Shown here one piece after another: positions 14,562 through 29,473 of a stretch of 64,000 nucleotides of DNA. The stretch's first letter is position 1, and the number at the start of each line of letters is the position of its first letter. The stretch lies in assembly GCF_009914755.1 (NCBI RefSeq), contig NC_060936.1; one strand, 5' to 3'. The translations under genes and the position numbers were made by a program. The stretch comes from the human T2T-CHM13v2.0 reference genome, Homo sapiens. A model generated the notes under the pieces. The model ran no database searches, had not been told where the DNA came from, and was given only the letters and a program-made list of their open reading frames with translations.

Positions 14562-15205
14562 TGTAGAGGTGGAAAGGTGTAATACCTTTCCTCACCCATC
14601 ATAAGGGTCAGGGCTGACATTCCTATAGCAAAAAATAGGTTAACAAGAGGAAAGTATAACAAATTTATTTAATCAAAGTTGTACATAAGGGAGTCTGCAG
14701 AAATAATGACCCAAAGCCCAGGGAAAACTATTCATTTTTGTGCTTAAATTTGATGAGGAATGGAGAGCTGTGTAGAAATGTAACTGGACAAAAAGAGTGC
14801 AATCTAATGGTAATAGACTGAGTGGGGGTGGGGAGGGAGCCCAGCCTTGCCTGTCTGTTCAGATTCTTCTTGGCTTCTCTGTGTAGCATTCCTTCCTCTG
14901 GGCATAGAGCAGGACTCCTTCTGGAATGAAGGTCTAATGGTCTACAATCTGTCAAGGTAGGTCAGAGATTTCTTTATGGCCAGCTTCTACATAGAAAGGT
15001 GGGGGGAGGTTAGAATAACATTTTTAGATTTTATGACCCACCTTGGGGGAGGGGAATTCTGGTTTCTATGACTCTCTTTGGGGGTAAAAGAGGAGTGGGA
15101 AACATGAAGGAATGAGAAGATCAGAGACTTTGTTTTTGAAGCAGCTTCTGAGTCCTCCAATCTCATTTAGTTTAAAGTACTCAGCATGCCAAAGCACCAT
15201 ACTTT
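14562..15205 (-). mobile_element. MER39-like LTR lacking its first ~25 bp
   Basis: Reverse strand: aaagtatggtgctttggcatgctgagtactttaaact...gacccttatgatgggtgaggaaagg..ctctaca. Confidence 0.8.
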
Positions 15206-15872
15206 TGTCATAACCCAATGGGTTCTTCTTGCCCATTGCCCAGAAAAGCCAATGTACTGAGAACAGCAGGTATTGCAGCAAACAAAAAGTTTAATGATCA
15301 CAAGACCAGCCAAGCAGATGGATGGGAGGTATTTCTCAAATCTGCTTTCCCAAGAATTTGGAGGCTAGGGTGTTTAAGGGTACTTTGGTGGGCAAGTGGC
15401 TGGGGAACAGAAAAAACTGATTGGCTGTGGATGAAATGACAGGGGTGTTCAAACTGTCTTCAAGCAGCTGAGTCACTTCCAGGGAGGGGGGTCTCAGGAT
15501 GAGGTGTTGTCCCTTGGTCTACCAAAATGCTAAATCTGAAAAATACCTCAAAGACCAGCTCTTTAGATTTCACAATAGTGATGTTATCTACAGGAATAGT
15601 TGGGGAAGTTATAAATCTTGTGACCTCCAGTTACATGACTGAGACAGATAAGCAACTTATAGAAAAGAAAGCTAAACAATGGCAGGTTATTGTTTAACTA
15701 TGCTTATTCTTTAGCAAAGGTCGAGCTCCTACCATGATTCTAAACTTGAATGCAGCTTCAATCTCCAAACAAGGAAGCAAGCCAGTTTTCCTTGCCTCAA
15801 AGTGTATAGTTTATAAACTAAATTTAACTTATAAACTAAATTCATCTTATAGTTATCTTGGCCTCCACACTA
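15206..15872 (-). mobile_element. LOR1/LTR26-like ERV1 LTR, truncated
   Basis: LTR 3' terminus on the reverse strand (gggcaagaagaacccattgggttatgaca); stops abruptly at about 15872. Confidence 0.65.
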
Positions 15873-17043
15873 GCCATGGCTAGAGCTGGAGCAGCTGGGA
15901 ACACAGGGTGCTATGTCCCAAGGATGCACAGAGCAGCAGGGCCCTGGCCCTGGCCCATGAAATCATTTTTCCCTCCTAGGCCTCAGGGCCTGTGGTGACA
16001 GGGGCTACTGTAAAGGTCTCTGAAATGCCCTGGGGGCATTTTCCCTATTGTCTTGGCTATTAATATTTGGTTCTTCTATACTTATGCAGATTTCTGCCGT
16101 CTTGAATTCCTTTCCAGAAAATGGGTTTTTCTTTTCTACTCCATGATCAGACTGCAAATTTTCCAATCTTTTATGCTCTGTTTCCCTTTAAAATATAAGT
16201 TCTAGGTTCAGGTCTTTTTTTGTTTACACAAATGAGCATCAGCTTTTAGAAGCAGACAGGCCAAATCTTGAACACTTTGATGCTTAGAAATTTCTCTTCC
16301 TGATACCCTAAATCATCTCTCTCAAGTTCAAAGTTCCACAGGTCTCTAGAGAAGGGGCACAGTGCTGCCAGTCTCTTTGCTAAAACATAGCAAGAGTGAC
16401 CTTTATTGCAGTTCCCCAAAAGTTCCTCATCTCCATCTGAGACCACCTCAGCCTGGACCTCACTGTCCGTATCACTATTAGCATTTTGGTCAGAACTATT
16501 CAACAAGTCTCTAGGAAGTTCCAAACTTTCTCCATCTTCTTGTCTTCTTCTGATCCCTCCAAACTGCTCTAACCTCTGCCCATTACCCAGTTCCAAAGTA
16601 GCTTCCACATTTTCGGGTATCTTTATAGTAACGCCTAACTTGTTTGATATCAATTTTCTGTATTAGTTCGTTCTCACACTGCTATAAAGAACTACCTGGT
16701 ACTGGGTAATTTATAGAGAAAAGAGGTTTAATTGACTCAGAGTTCTGCAGGCTATACAGGAGGCATGGCTGGGGAGGCCTTAGGAAACTTACCATCATGG
16801 TGAAATGGCAAAGAGGAAGCAAACACATCTTCACATGGTGGCAGAAGAGACAGTGAGTGAAGGGGGAAGTGCTACACCCTTTTAAAAAACCAGATCTTGT
16901 GAGAATTCACTTATTATCATGAGAACAGAAAGGGGGAAATCCACCCCCATGATCCAATCATCTGCCACCAGGTCCCTCCCCCAACATTGGGAATTACAAT
17001 TTGACATGAGATTTGGATGGGTACACAGAGCCAAACCATATCA
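15872..17043 (-). mobile_element. MaLR MSTA-like element: 5' LTR (16659-17043) plus 5' internal region; rest missing
   Basis: ORF 16246-16653 (KIPENVEATLELGNG..DLWNFELERDDLGY) is typical MaLR internal gag-like sequence; LTR tgtattagtt...aaaccatatca. Confidence 0.9.
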
Positions 17044-17239
17044 ACCACCCATATAAAAAAGATATTCTTCAAAGGTGGGGGTGGGGAAGAGAAGTGGATA
17101 TGAGAATTTGGGCAAAGTTCCTGAAGGTAACTCTGACACACTGCTTTTTGGAGAACCTCAGATATAATCTGTTCCTTCTTCATCTGCTTTGCTGGTTTTG
17201 CTCATTATTCGGTCAGAATATACTAGACTATTTTTCAAT

Positions 17240-17608
17240 AACAAATGCTCCTCAACTTATGATGGGGTTACATCCCTAAAAACCCATTGTAGGTTGAAAA
17301 TATCATACATTGAAAATGCATTTAATATATCTAACCTAACAGACATCATAGCTTAGCCTAGCCTACCTTTAATGTGCTCAGAATACATATGGTAGCCTAT
17401 AATTGGGCAAAATCATCTAACACAAAGCCTAATTTATAATAAAGTATTAAATATCTCATATAAATTATTGACTACTGTACTGAAAGTGAAAAACAGAATG
17501 GTTGTATGGGTACTTGAAGTATGATTTCCACTGAAAGTATATTGCTTTCACTCCATCATAACATTGAAAACAGGTAAGTTGAACCATTGTTAAATTGGGG
17601 TCAGTCTG
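17240..17608 (+). mobile_element. MER47A-like (Tigger5 group) non-autonomous DNA transposon
   Basis: caaatgctcctcaacttatgatggggttacatcc... with a matching terminal inverted repeat at ..aaattggggtcagtctg. Confidence 0.8.
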
Positions 17609-17699
17609 CAAAATGGAAACCTCCACATTTTAGAGGCTCAATACAACAAAGCCTTATTTCTTATTTATATCACAATTCAATGAAGGCTAGGCTTTACCA

Positions 17700-19042
<1,343 letters not shown>

Positions 19043-19065
19043 GAAGATAAACACAATAATAAATA

Positions 19066-19658
19066 GGTAAAAATTAAGTGACTCCAAATCTAAGCTTTTG
19101 GAACTTTAAGATATTTTAAGCCTAAGGGAATGTGATTATGAGACCCGAGTCACATGATAGGCTGCTGTAACCTAGGCAGCTGCAATCTTTGTTTCTCTCA
19201 TTATAGATTAGCCTTCTTCCTTACCTATATTGTGTAGTAAAATGTTGCAAGTGACTAAAGGGCACCACTCTTCCCTCTTCACTGTTGATCTTTATTATAG
19301 ATGAACCTCCCTCTCACCTTTCTCAAACAAAGACTTCATGGCTATCACATTTTTAAAGACGGAATGTTAAATAACACTCTTTAAAATTGGAAAGAATCAA
19401 AACAAGCGATAAAGAAAAATAAACACAATGAGAAAGAAAATCTGTAAATAGTTGTAACTTAAAAATAGCCTTGTATAGAACATATTGCAATTCTGTCAAG
19501 TTGCTTTGTTTTCTTCCTACATAAGCAAAACCTTAACTTTCAACTTTAGAGTGCTGATACCATTTCTCTGTCTCTCCTGGATGGCTATTATCAGCTTTGG
19601 GTTTGAATAAACTCTACACTTAATCATATTTTATGAATCTCATTACTTAAAGTTGACA
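19066..19658 (+). mobile_element. LTR24-like ERV1 solo LTR
   Basis: Ends ..cattacttaaagttgaca; AATAAA near 19606; TSD AATA. Confidence 0.65.
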
Positions 19659-19841
19659 AATAGCTATAATTTATAAAGGCTACAAAAGTGATTTGTTTGA
19701 AGAGCTGCAATACTACGGAAGATGCAGTATGCAATTGCTGTGATGTAGCTACAGGGTCAGAAAATCCTTTTCAGAGAAGGTAACATTTGAGATGAGTCTT
19801 TGTGAATAAGTGGAAATTCATCACTCAAAAGGAGAGAGAAA

Positions 19842-20192
<351 letters not shown>

Positions 20193-20721
20193 TTAAAATA
20201 TATGAGGGAAAGACACTGGGGAAAAGAATAGATGATAAAAATAATAACTTATCTATAAAGTTCTGCATATTTTACAAAAAATCAGTCTTAAAAATTAATA
20301 TTTTTATGTATAGCAAAAATTCTGAACCATTTTTATGTTTTAAGAAGTTGTAAGAAGAACTGCCTAGAGGGACTAAACAGAGTATATAAAGTATGTAAAA
20401 AGTCAGTAAAATTAGTTATTTATTATAAAAATACATAAATATTGTGATGGCTTAGATAATGTAGGGAACAAATCTCATCTATTATTCAAAGAACCATTGT
20501 TATTTCTGCCCAGATTTTTAAAATTTTGATCTCAAAACTTTGAAGATTTGATTTTATACTTTATTTTACATTTTTACATAAGAATGCACCAATGGGAGGG
20601 GTATATTTAATAAACTGTGTTATTAAAACTCTTTGTGAGGAAAATAACATTCAACCAAGCTTGTTATGTAGATGTACTAACATCGATTTAAATATAAATT
20701 GATATCCCAGTTTATACATAC

Positions 20722-21046
20722 GCAATCATGTGCTGTGTAATGATGTTTTGTTAATGATGGACTGTACATATGATGGTGGTCCTATAAGATTATGATGGAG
20801 CTGAAAAATTCCTGTCTCCTAGTGAAGTAGTAGCCATTATAACATTGTTGCACAATGCATTACTCACCTGTTTGTGGTAATGATGGTGTAAACAAACCTA
20901 CTGTGCTGCCAGTCATATAAAAGTATAGCACGTACAATTGCATATAGTATATAATAATAATAACTGTTACTAGTTTATGTATTTACTATATTATACTTTT
21001 ATTATTTTAGAGTGTACATGTTTTACTTGTTGAAAAGTTAACTATA
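20722..21046 (+). mobile_element. Tigger3/MER7-like DNA transposon, left part only
   Basis: caatcatgtgctgtgtaatgatgtt..ggtggtcctataagattat..aacaaacctactgtgctgccagtc. Confidence 0.8.
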
Positions 21047-21090
21047 GGCTGGGCGCGGTGGCTCACGCCTGTAATCCCAGCACTTTGGGA
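21047..21090 (+). mobile_element. Alu 5' stub (44 nt)
   Basis: ggctgggcgcggtggctcacgcctgtaatcccagcactttggga followed by unrelated sequence. Confidence 0.9.
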
Positions 21091-21429
21091 ATCCCTAGAA
21101 ACAGCCCCTGTGACAGTAAAGATTGTGTGGTTGTTGAGAGAGTGCTTTTAGGAGAAAGAGGTGCTGGCTGTGACTAGAGAAACAGAGCTAATCAAGGGAT
21201 TAGCTCAGCTGGAGCCTAACTTCAGCATGCATCAGTGGTGAGCTCTGGAGGACAGTTCACCATGGTGTGGTTCCTGCACTGAAGCAAGGGGGCCAGATTT
21301 CTGTACTCAGGTGCACTTAGGGTGAGATGAGATCTAACCTACAGGGCAAGGGGGGTTTTCTTTCATTTGATATTTCTGCAGGAGTAGGTGGCTGATCATG
21401 TGTGATGCTGCAAACGTATATTCTTAAAG

Positions 21430-22100
21430 GTTCTGTGTGCTGGTTACTATAAACTTATTAGTCTGTGTTACTAAAATTGACCACTTATAGTTAAAACTGT
21501 AACATAGGAATATAAGAGATAACCAAGTGGAACACTTGAGGGCTAAGTAGATTTCTACCAATGCCCATATGTAGTAGCACCCTGTGATCATGATGATCAG
21601 GATCAATTATTCCTGCCACTGCCTGCTGGTGAATTAGAGACCAGGTGGCTCAAATTGACGCAGACTCCTGGGAAACAAAGTGCCATCAAGCCCCTCTATT
21701 AGAATGCGGGCCTATGGAGTTCAGATTATAAATGAGATCATCCATCTCACAGTGGGTTTAAGGAGTCTACAGATATATTTAGTGATTTCATAATTCCCAA
21801 GCTTACAATTGGAATGGACATACTTAGAAGTTGGCAGAACTCTCAAATTGGTTTCTTAACCTGTAGAGTAAGAGCTAGTATAATAGCAAAGGCCAAGTGA
21901 AAGCTTTTGAAATCCAGCCCACTTCCCCAGGTCAACCTAAATGAAAAACATCTGCAGAGAGTTTTAAGCGATGTCCCCAAAAACTCTAAGGATAAGGAGT
22001 ATGGTCTCCATCACCGGTCTGCACCCTCCAAAAACCATATGGATCATAACATATGACAATGGACTTCTGTATACTTGGTCACATAGTAGCACCAAGTGCT
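21430..22100 (+). mobile_element. ERVL-like internal remnant (protease to RT region)
   Basis: About 21808-21900 translates to IGMDILRSWQNSQIGFLTCRVRASIIAKAK*, resembling the ERVL pro/pol motif IGIDILSSWQNPHIGSLT..GKAKW. Confidence 0.7.
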
Positions 22101-23329
22101 AAATTGACATAATATGCTCATATCTGTATTGACTTAGTTATAAACTCTAGACAATCTCTAACTCCCTGTTATGAAGAGGAGAATTTATTTCACCTACATG
22201 ATCTGCCTTTTCCTCACTCAAATGTTTGTTATGTAATTATCTGGGTTCTTCTTTGACCACTATAATTTTAAATAATAAATGTACCCCTATTTTGTGTTCA
22301 AATAACATTCTCCAGTATCTTGCTTCAAGTCTATAAAATAAAAATTATTATCAAACCTGTGATTTGACACCCTCCTTCTTTGCTTTTATGTTTTCTTTCT
22401 GTTATAACTTCACTTTTATATTACAAAAGCTTCCAATATTTGTATTTTGTTTCGCAACCCAAAGTAAGGCTTCAGTGCATTGTCCATGGGTTGAGTTCAG
22501 AAGTTGAAAACTCAAAAATAGAATTTGCTTTATTTATATGGTTTGCTGCCAGACCAAGAAGTATACAGTGATGACTCAATATTATTAAGAGCCTATGATG
22601 TGGCAGGGACTATTCTAGGCACTGGAGATATAGGAGTAAACAGAAGAAACAAAAATCCATTCCCTTAGAATGCTTGTATTTTATACTCTATGGAGCCAAT
22701 ATCACTGCCACCTGCATACTTGAAGGAGAGTGTTTCTAACATGAAGGTGTAAGAAATTTATTTTAGTTATAGGCCAATTGCTTAAAATCATACCACATTT
22801 TATTTGTTTACTATTTATTACAGAAACGGGGGTAACTCTAATTTGACAATAATGTGCCAAATGTTTTGCTAAATATTTCATGTATATTATTTCATTTTTT
22901 CTAACAATATTCCTATGAGATGGCATTGGTACTATCATTACTCTGTAGGTAAGGAAAAGTAAGTAAGAAAGGTTAAATGGTCCAGAAGGAACTATGAAGA
23001 GTCACTAAATATTCACAGTGAAATATATGAAAAAACTATACAGATATAGGGAAATATTTTCAGAAATGCAATTATATGGAATACTTTTTCAGACTTTAAA
23101 AATAAATGTCAAAAATAATTATAGAAAATAGAGGAGCTAAATAATAAGACATTTGAAATATGTAAAGGAACTTTTATAATGCATATATAGAGACAATATG
23201 AAATTTTCCAAGTAGCAATGGAATAACTACACATATTTTATATAGTTTAAATAATAATTTAAAATTGTATACCACTACAATTTTATACATAAAAATGTAC
23301 AAATTCCAAAAATTCAGAAGTTACTGAGA

Positions 23330-23608
23330 CCATATTTTTTCTCTTCTTGTCTTCTTTCCCGCCTAGAATATTTAAGTGATGACCAGTGCTCCAATAACCA
23401 TGTTGGAATATGAAGCAACCTTGAAGATGAAAGCTATGCACTTAGAATGAGGAGTAGAAACTTAAACACTAAGGACCAAGAAACAGCAACACTAATCCTG
23501 AACTCTATTTCAGGACTTCTTTTAAATGAAAAAAAAAAAAAATAATAATCTTCCATACATTTAGCCAGTATTATTTCGGATTCTATTATTTTTGTTACAC
23601 ATAGCTAT
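23330..23608 (+). mobile_element. MLT1J-like LTR 3' portion (host of the second MER50)
   Basis: Degenerate MLT1 3' motifs (..gttacacatagct|..cattgata). Confidence 0.5.
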
Positions 23609-24279
23609 TGATATGGGAGTTAAGAAGAAATTATTTAGGCAGATAGTGAGGGTAAGGCAGTCCTCAGTAAGGATTTCCTTTTAATGAAAAGCAGTCTCAA
23701 ACCATCTTTCTTTTCTAACAAAGAGCAGTCTGTAAAATCAAGCTGCAGACACAGGCAAGCAAGCTGGGAGCTTGCATGAGTGAATGCCAGGCAGCTGTGC
23801 CAATAGGAAAAGGCTACCTGGGACTACCCATGTTCAAAATGGCGGCTCCATGTTCCCTTCTCTTGGTCAGCCACGTGTACAGTAAGAAGTAGACAGCATA
23901 ACGCTGGCCAAGTGGAAAGCCCATTTGCATAGTGGGGTGGCCAGCCTTCCCCACGGGCTATGTAAATGTCACACCTAGCTGAACCAATCTGTGGGCTGTA
24001 TGTAAATCGGACACAGGCTCCTCAAGCCTGCCTATAAAATCTGGTGCACTCCACTGTGGGCCAGAATTCCCATTTGGGTGCCCCTCTCTCATAAGAAAGA
24101 GAGAGCTGTTCTCCTTTATCTTTCTTTTTCCTATTAAGCCTCTGCTTTTAACTCCTTTCTCTTTCTTTTGCCTATTAAACCCCGGCTCCTAAACTAACTC
24201 CTTGTGTGTGTCTGGGTCCTTAATTTTTTTGGCATGAGACGAACCTCGGGTATTTACCCCAGACAACGAAGCCGCTTCA
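23609..24279 (+). mobile_element. MER50 solo LTR
   Basis: tgatatgggagttaagaagaaattatttaggcag...gccgcttca; TSD CTAT. Confidence 0.9.
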
Positions 24280-24576
24280 CTATCATTCTCATTGATAGAT
24301 AGTATTGGTGCCACTTTAACCCTATTTCAAAGCTCACTAAAACGGTCTGAGGTGACATGTTCTATCAATGATATTGTCTGCCAAATAATATCTCCAGATA
24401 GGAAATGAAAGACTATTGCATATCTTTAACCACTCACTGCTTTGGGTAGATTTAGGGGCTACACCACCTAAATCTTAGATATATAATCCTTCATGTTTGC
24501 TATTATACTCTTTCCATAGATGCGAATACTGTTCAACTTGACTTGGGCATTGTCACTTCTTTCTGGTGACCTGAAA

Positions 24577-24675
24577 TGCAGAGACAATACTTATTGAAGT
24601 GCAGAGACAATAAAAGACAATAAAAGGACAATAAAAGACAAAGACAATATTTACTGAAGTGCAGAGACAATAAAA
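24577..24675 (+). repeat. Compound micro-duplication of (tgcag)agacaata units
   Basis: tgcagagacaata three times, plus several aaagacaa(ta) units. Confidence 0.85.
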
Positions 24676-25668
24676 TAATTATAAGTGAAGAGAAGTCTAA
24701 GGAATCTCTGTGTGACAGGAAGTTATCTGATGTTTAATGTGTTTTATAACTACAGAATACAAAATATAACTACAATTTAAATAAGCTGTTTAGATTTCTG
24801 TCAGAAGTTACATTTAATAGAAAATATTTTTAAGAGGTAAATGAAAAAGAAATATATATGCTTATTCAGAACCCATGGGAGAGGGCGTACATTACCATTG
24901 AGTAACAATGGGTATTTTGTTAATCATTAAATTCGTCTCAGTATTTATGAGAATTTAAATGCTTTAACTCTATCCACAAGTGCTCTTGTTTTTCACTTTA
25001 ATAAAAACAAATGTTATACAGATTATTTATACTATAAAAATATACATTTTACAGAATCTTCTATTTAACAAATTTAAACACACTACTGTGAGACAGATTT
25101 GAATGAGAATGATGAGAAATGAATAGATTTTTTGCTGTGATCTTTTTGACAGTGTTGCAATTAAGCTGCCAAAAGCAAAGAGAGAGAGAACACATGCACA
25201 TGCTGTATTTGACTAAAAAATGGTTGACTAAAAAGAGCACATTTTGTACGAGAAACTCAAGGAAGCAATTAGCATATCTGACATATAATAGTTAGGTGAT
25301 CAGCCATAAGCTATTATTCACTGGCAATAGCTGCACTAGAGCTTACTCACTTTGCATAGTTTGAAGTCTTAGCCCTTTGTGTCTGAAATGAATAAAAATA
25401 TAAACACATCTCAATAAATTAATGATGTAATGAACGCTGCTTTAGAGAGAGTGAAGATTTGCATGTTTGTGTAACCTCCCTCTTAATTCTCATGCACCTC
25501 AATGGTGCATGGATAGGAACCTGAAGACTAAATTTCATTTGACAGCTTTGGGTTCTCAAAGCCGCCACCTTTACTGGCAGGTTAACTTATTCTCTTACTT
25601 TCATATTAGTATCTTTGTGGACTCAGAGCTCAACGAATGTTGTAAAAAAGAAAATTTCAATATAGATG

Positions 25669-26077
25669 TGTCTCAGTCCATTTTCTGTTGCTTATGAAAG
25701 AATACTTGAAACTGGGTAATTTATAAACAAAAGGAATTTATTTCTTACAGTTATGGAAGCTGAGAAGTTCAAGGTCGAGGGGCCACATCTGGAGAGAGTC
25801 TTCTTGCTGGTGGGGACTCTGCAGAGTCTGGAGGCGGAGCAGGGCATCATACAGTGAGAGGACTGAGTGTTCTAACTCAGCTTTCTCTTTCTCTTCTTAT
25901 AAAGCCACCAGTCCCACTCTCCTGATAACCTATAAACCCAATAACCCATTAATCTATTAATCCATGAATCCGTGAAGAGCCCTCATGACCCAATCCCCTC
26001 TTAAAGGCTCATCTCTCAATAAGAGGGTTTAAGTTTCAACTTGAGTTTTGAAGGGAACAGATATTCAAGCCATAGCA
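25669..26077 (-). mobile_element. MST-family MaLR solo LTR
   Basis: tgtctcagtccattt...aagccatagca; 5-bp TSD AGATG. Confidence 0.85.
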
Positions 26078-26149
26078 AGATGTTAGTAGCTTTTGTTATC
26101 TGAAAAGGATGCTTGGTTTATATAGCTCATCTCCTGCAAATGTCCTTTA

Positions 26150-26865
26150 CTATAAACTATTTATATTTAATATATACATATTATATATAATATTTAAATA
26201 TGTATCTATTAAATATGTATATTTAATATATAAAATATGTATATTAAATATGTACATATTAAATATTATATACAATATGTACATATTTAATATATACATA
26301 TTATATATATTTAAATATGCACATATTGTATATATTTCCTTTACTATAAGCTATTTACATTTAATATATACATATTACATATAATTAATATGTATATATT
26401 AAATACACATATTAAATAAGTATATTAAATATGCATATTAAACACGTATATTTAATGTATATTAAATACATATATTAATATGTATATTAAATATATGTAT
26501 ATTAAATATGTGTATATTAATATGTATATTAAATATGTGTATATTAAATATTTATAATATGTACATAGTTAATATATACATATTATATATAATATTTAAA
26601 TATGTACATATAATACATATTTAAATATGTATATTTAATATATAAAATATATGTATATAATAAAATATATAATATAGATATTTAAATATATTTAAATATT
26701 ATGTATGATATTTACATATATTTTATATAAAATAAATATATATTTAATATATAAATGAATAATATAAAGAATATAAATATAATAAATAATATAAATTATA
26801 TAAAATATAAATATATACTTAAATATCTTAAATAATATAGATATTTAAATATAAATATTAAATTT
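26150..26865. repeat. AT-rich degenerate (TA)-type minisatellite, about 700 bp
   Basis: Almost only A/T, with recurring atatgtatattaa and ttaatatatacatat units. Confidence 0.95.
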
Positions 26866-27371
26866 TATGGCCACTTGTATCTGTTTTCTAATGTTAGTGG
26901 GAGAACTAAAATCCTAAAGGAAAATTCGATGATCTAAGGAATGACAGTTAATATAGACAAAAGTATTTATTTTCATATGTTTCTACCTTTTTAGAAAAGA
27001 GATGGAAAATCTCAAGAAGTTATAGCATCAAGAAATTCTTATCTTGAAGAGGCAGAAGAGTTGCAGGGGCTTCAATTACCTTAATTTGACCCATTCAGCT
27101 CAGTTTAACTGAGGTAGATATATTACCATGTACTCAGGAATAAATCCTATAGTCTCTCCCCTGAAGGAGGTTTGAATAGACTCTATCAATTAAGATTCAT
27201 GCCAGTGTCTTTCCGAACATAGCAGAATGCTTTAGCCTGGTTTTATCTTTCTTATCACTCATGTCTTAGCTCTATCACAACTCTATTGATATAAAAATGT
27301 TATCTATACATTTGAAGGTAACTATCTTTAGCTCTCTTTACAGATTTAAATTTTTGAGTAGGTAATAAGTA

Positions 27372-27820
27372 AGAACATGAAAAGATGTTGAATATTATCA
27401 GTAATCAGAGAAATGCAAATTAAGACCACAATGAGCTGCCACTGCACTCCTACCAAAATGGCTAAAGATAAAAAAATAATAAACCTGAAAATAGCGAGCA
27501 CTTTCTTGTATTACTGGTGAAAATGAAAAAAGGTACAGCCAATTTAAAAACCAGTTTGGTGACTTCTTATTAAAAACATTTACTTCTCTTATAGCTTCGC
27601 AATCCCACTCCTAGGTATTTATTGGTTCCCCTGAAATAAAACCTTATATTCATGCAAAAACCTGTATGTGAGAATTTATGTCAACACTATTCATAATTGT
27701 CAAAAACTAGAAACAAAATGTCCTTCAAGTGGTGAATGATTAAAAACTGTGGTAGATTCATACAATAACATACTCTTCAGCAATAAAAAGGAATGTACCA
27801 CTGATACACACAACATGGAG
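27372..27820 (+). mobile_element. Ancient L1M ORF2-end/3' fragment
   Basis: agagaaatgcaaattaagaccacaatgag...caatcccactcctaggtattta. Confidence 0.75.
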
Positions 27821-27831
27821 ATTTTGTTGGA

Positions 27832-27832
27832 A

Positions 27833-27865
<33 letters not shown>
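27832..27865 (+). repeat. (GA)n microsatellite
   Basis: Directly visible. Confidence 0.95.
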
Positions 27866-28274
27866 TCTTGTAACTAGGACCTAAGCTATAAGTACACTGA
27901 GATATTTACAAATAATGTCAAAATAGGGCTATAGAAATTTTATTTGCACATGGAACCTAGGGCATTGGTAATGTAAGAGATGTGACTAAAGCAGAACCTA
28001 CAAATAGGAGTCAAGACATCAATTGAATTATTTATAAGTCAGAGTTAATGAGAAAAATAGCCTCACAAGACATCAGAGAAAAAGCAATCATAGGTCTTCA
28101 TGAACTCCTGTGAAATGTATCATCCCTTGAACTAGCAGGGTAGAATTTGGGGTTGAAATTTCCCTTTTTTTTTTTTTTTTCGGCAAGAGCTAAGTCATGG
28201 AAAGCTATTTATTTCTTTGTCACTTGTTTGTTTGTTTATTCACTTGCTCATTGATTTATTCGCTCACACATTTA

Positions 28275-28721
<447 letters not shown>

Positions 28722-29473
28722 GAATAATTATTACAATAGAATTATAAATATGTCTTTGGCCTTTCCAGTTGCCAAAGCAAAAAATAAAAACAAAAACAGA
28801 GCAGAGTTAGTTATATGATTTGCATTGTCTGTGCAAAAGGAAAATACTAGTATTTCAGGAGAAGCAAAATGTTTTCTTGCCTTAAGAAATGAAAGTGAAC
28901 TCTTTTCGGGAATGTTCACTTCAGAGACACACTTAAGGACAACTCAAAAGTAAACAGAATTGTCTGTTCGGCACAGCAAGCTCTAAAACCATCCCTCAAC
29001 TCGAGCTAAGGATGTAAAAACAATGCATAAGGATGAGAAAGGAAATCTGTGGGTGACCAAGAATATCTGTGGGTTTCAGGTCACAGTTTTCTGATATTCT
29101 AGGTGTATCAGTTAAGAAACGTGTAAATCATTAGAAACCAGGTCAATATAGAGTGACCAATTAAAAAATATGTAACAAACTAAGTAGAAAATTCATTATG
29201 AAGATGCTGGACTTTACCGTATTTCCTTGACAAGCCAGGCATTTTTAATATTCTGAGCCTTGATGCATACTATTTCATTTGTCTGGAAAGATCCAACTTT
29301 CCCAATTAACTTATCAAACTCTCAGTTGTCCTGTTGTAAAGCATGGTGGTTTAGAGTGCTAAATTTCCAAACAAATAAACCTTGTTGGAGTTCTGGCCCT
29401 GTAACTTACTAGCTTGTGATCTCATGTGAGTAATTTCCCTATGCTTCTGTCTTCTTATCTGACAAGTGAGCCT

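Noticed and set aside
16246-16653. 135-aa ORF as a cellular gene
   Set aside because: Decayed MaLR (MST) internal gag-like sequence with no ATG start and with frameshifts.
24577-24675. CRISPR-like repeat-spacer array
   Set aside because: Repeats are short and irregular, the spacers are themselves related, the context is eukaryotic, and there are no cas genes.
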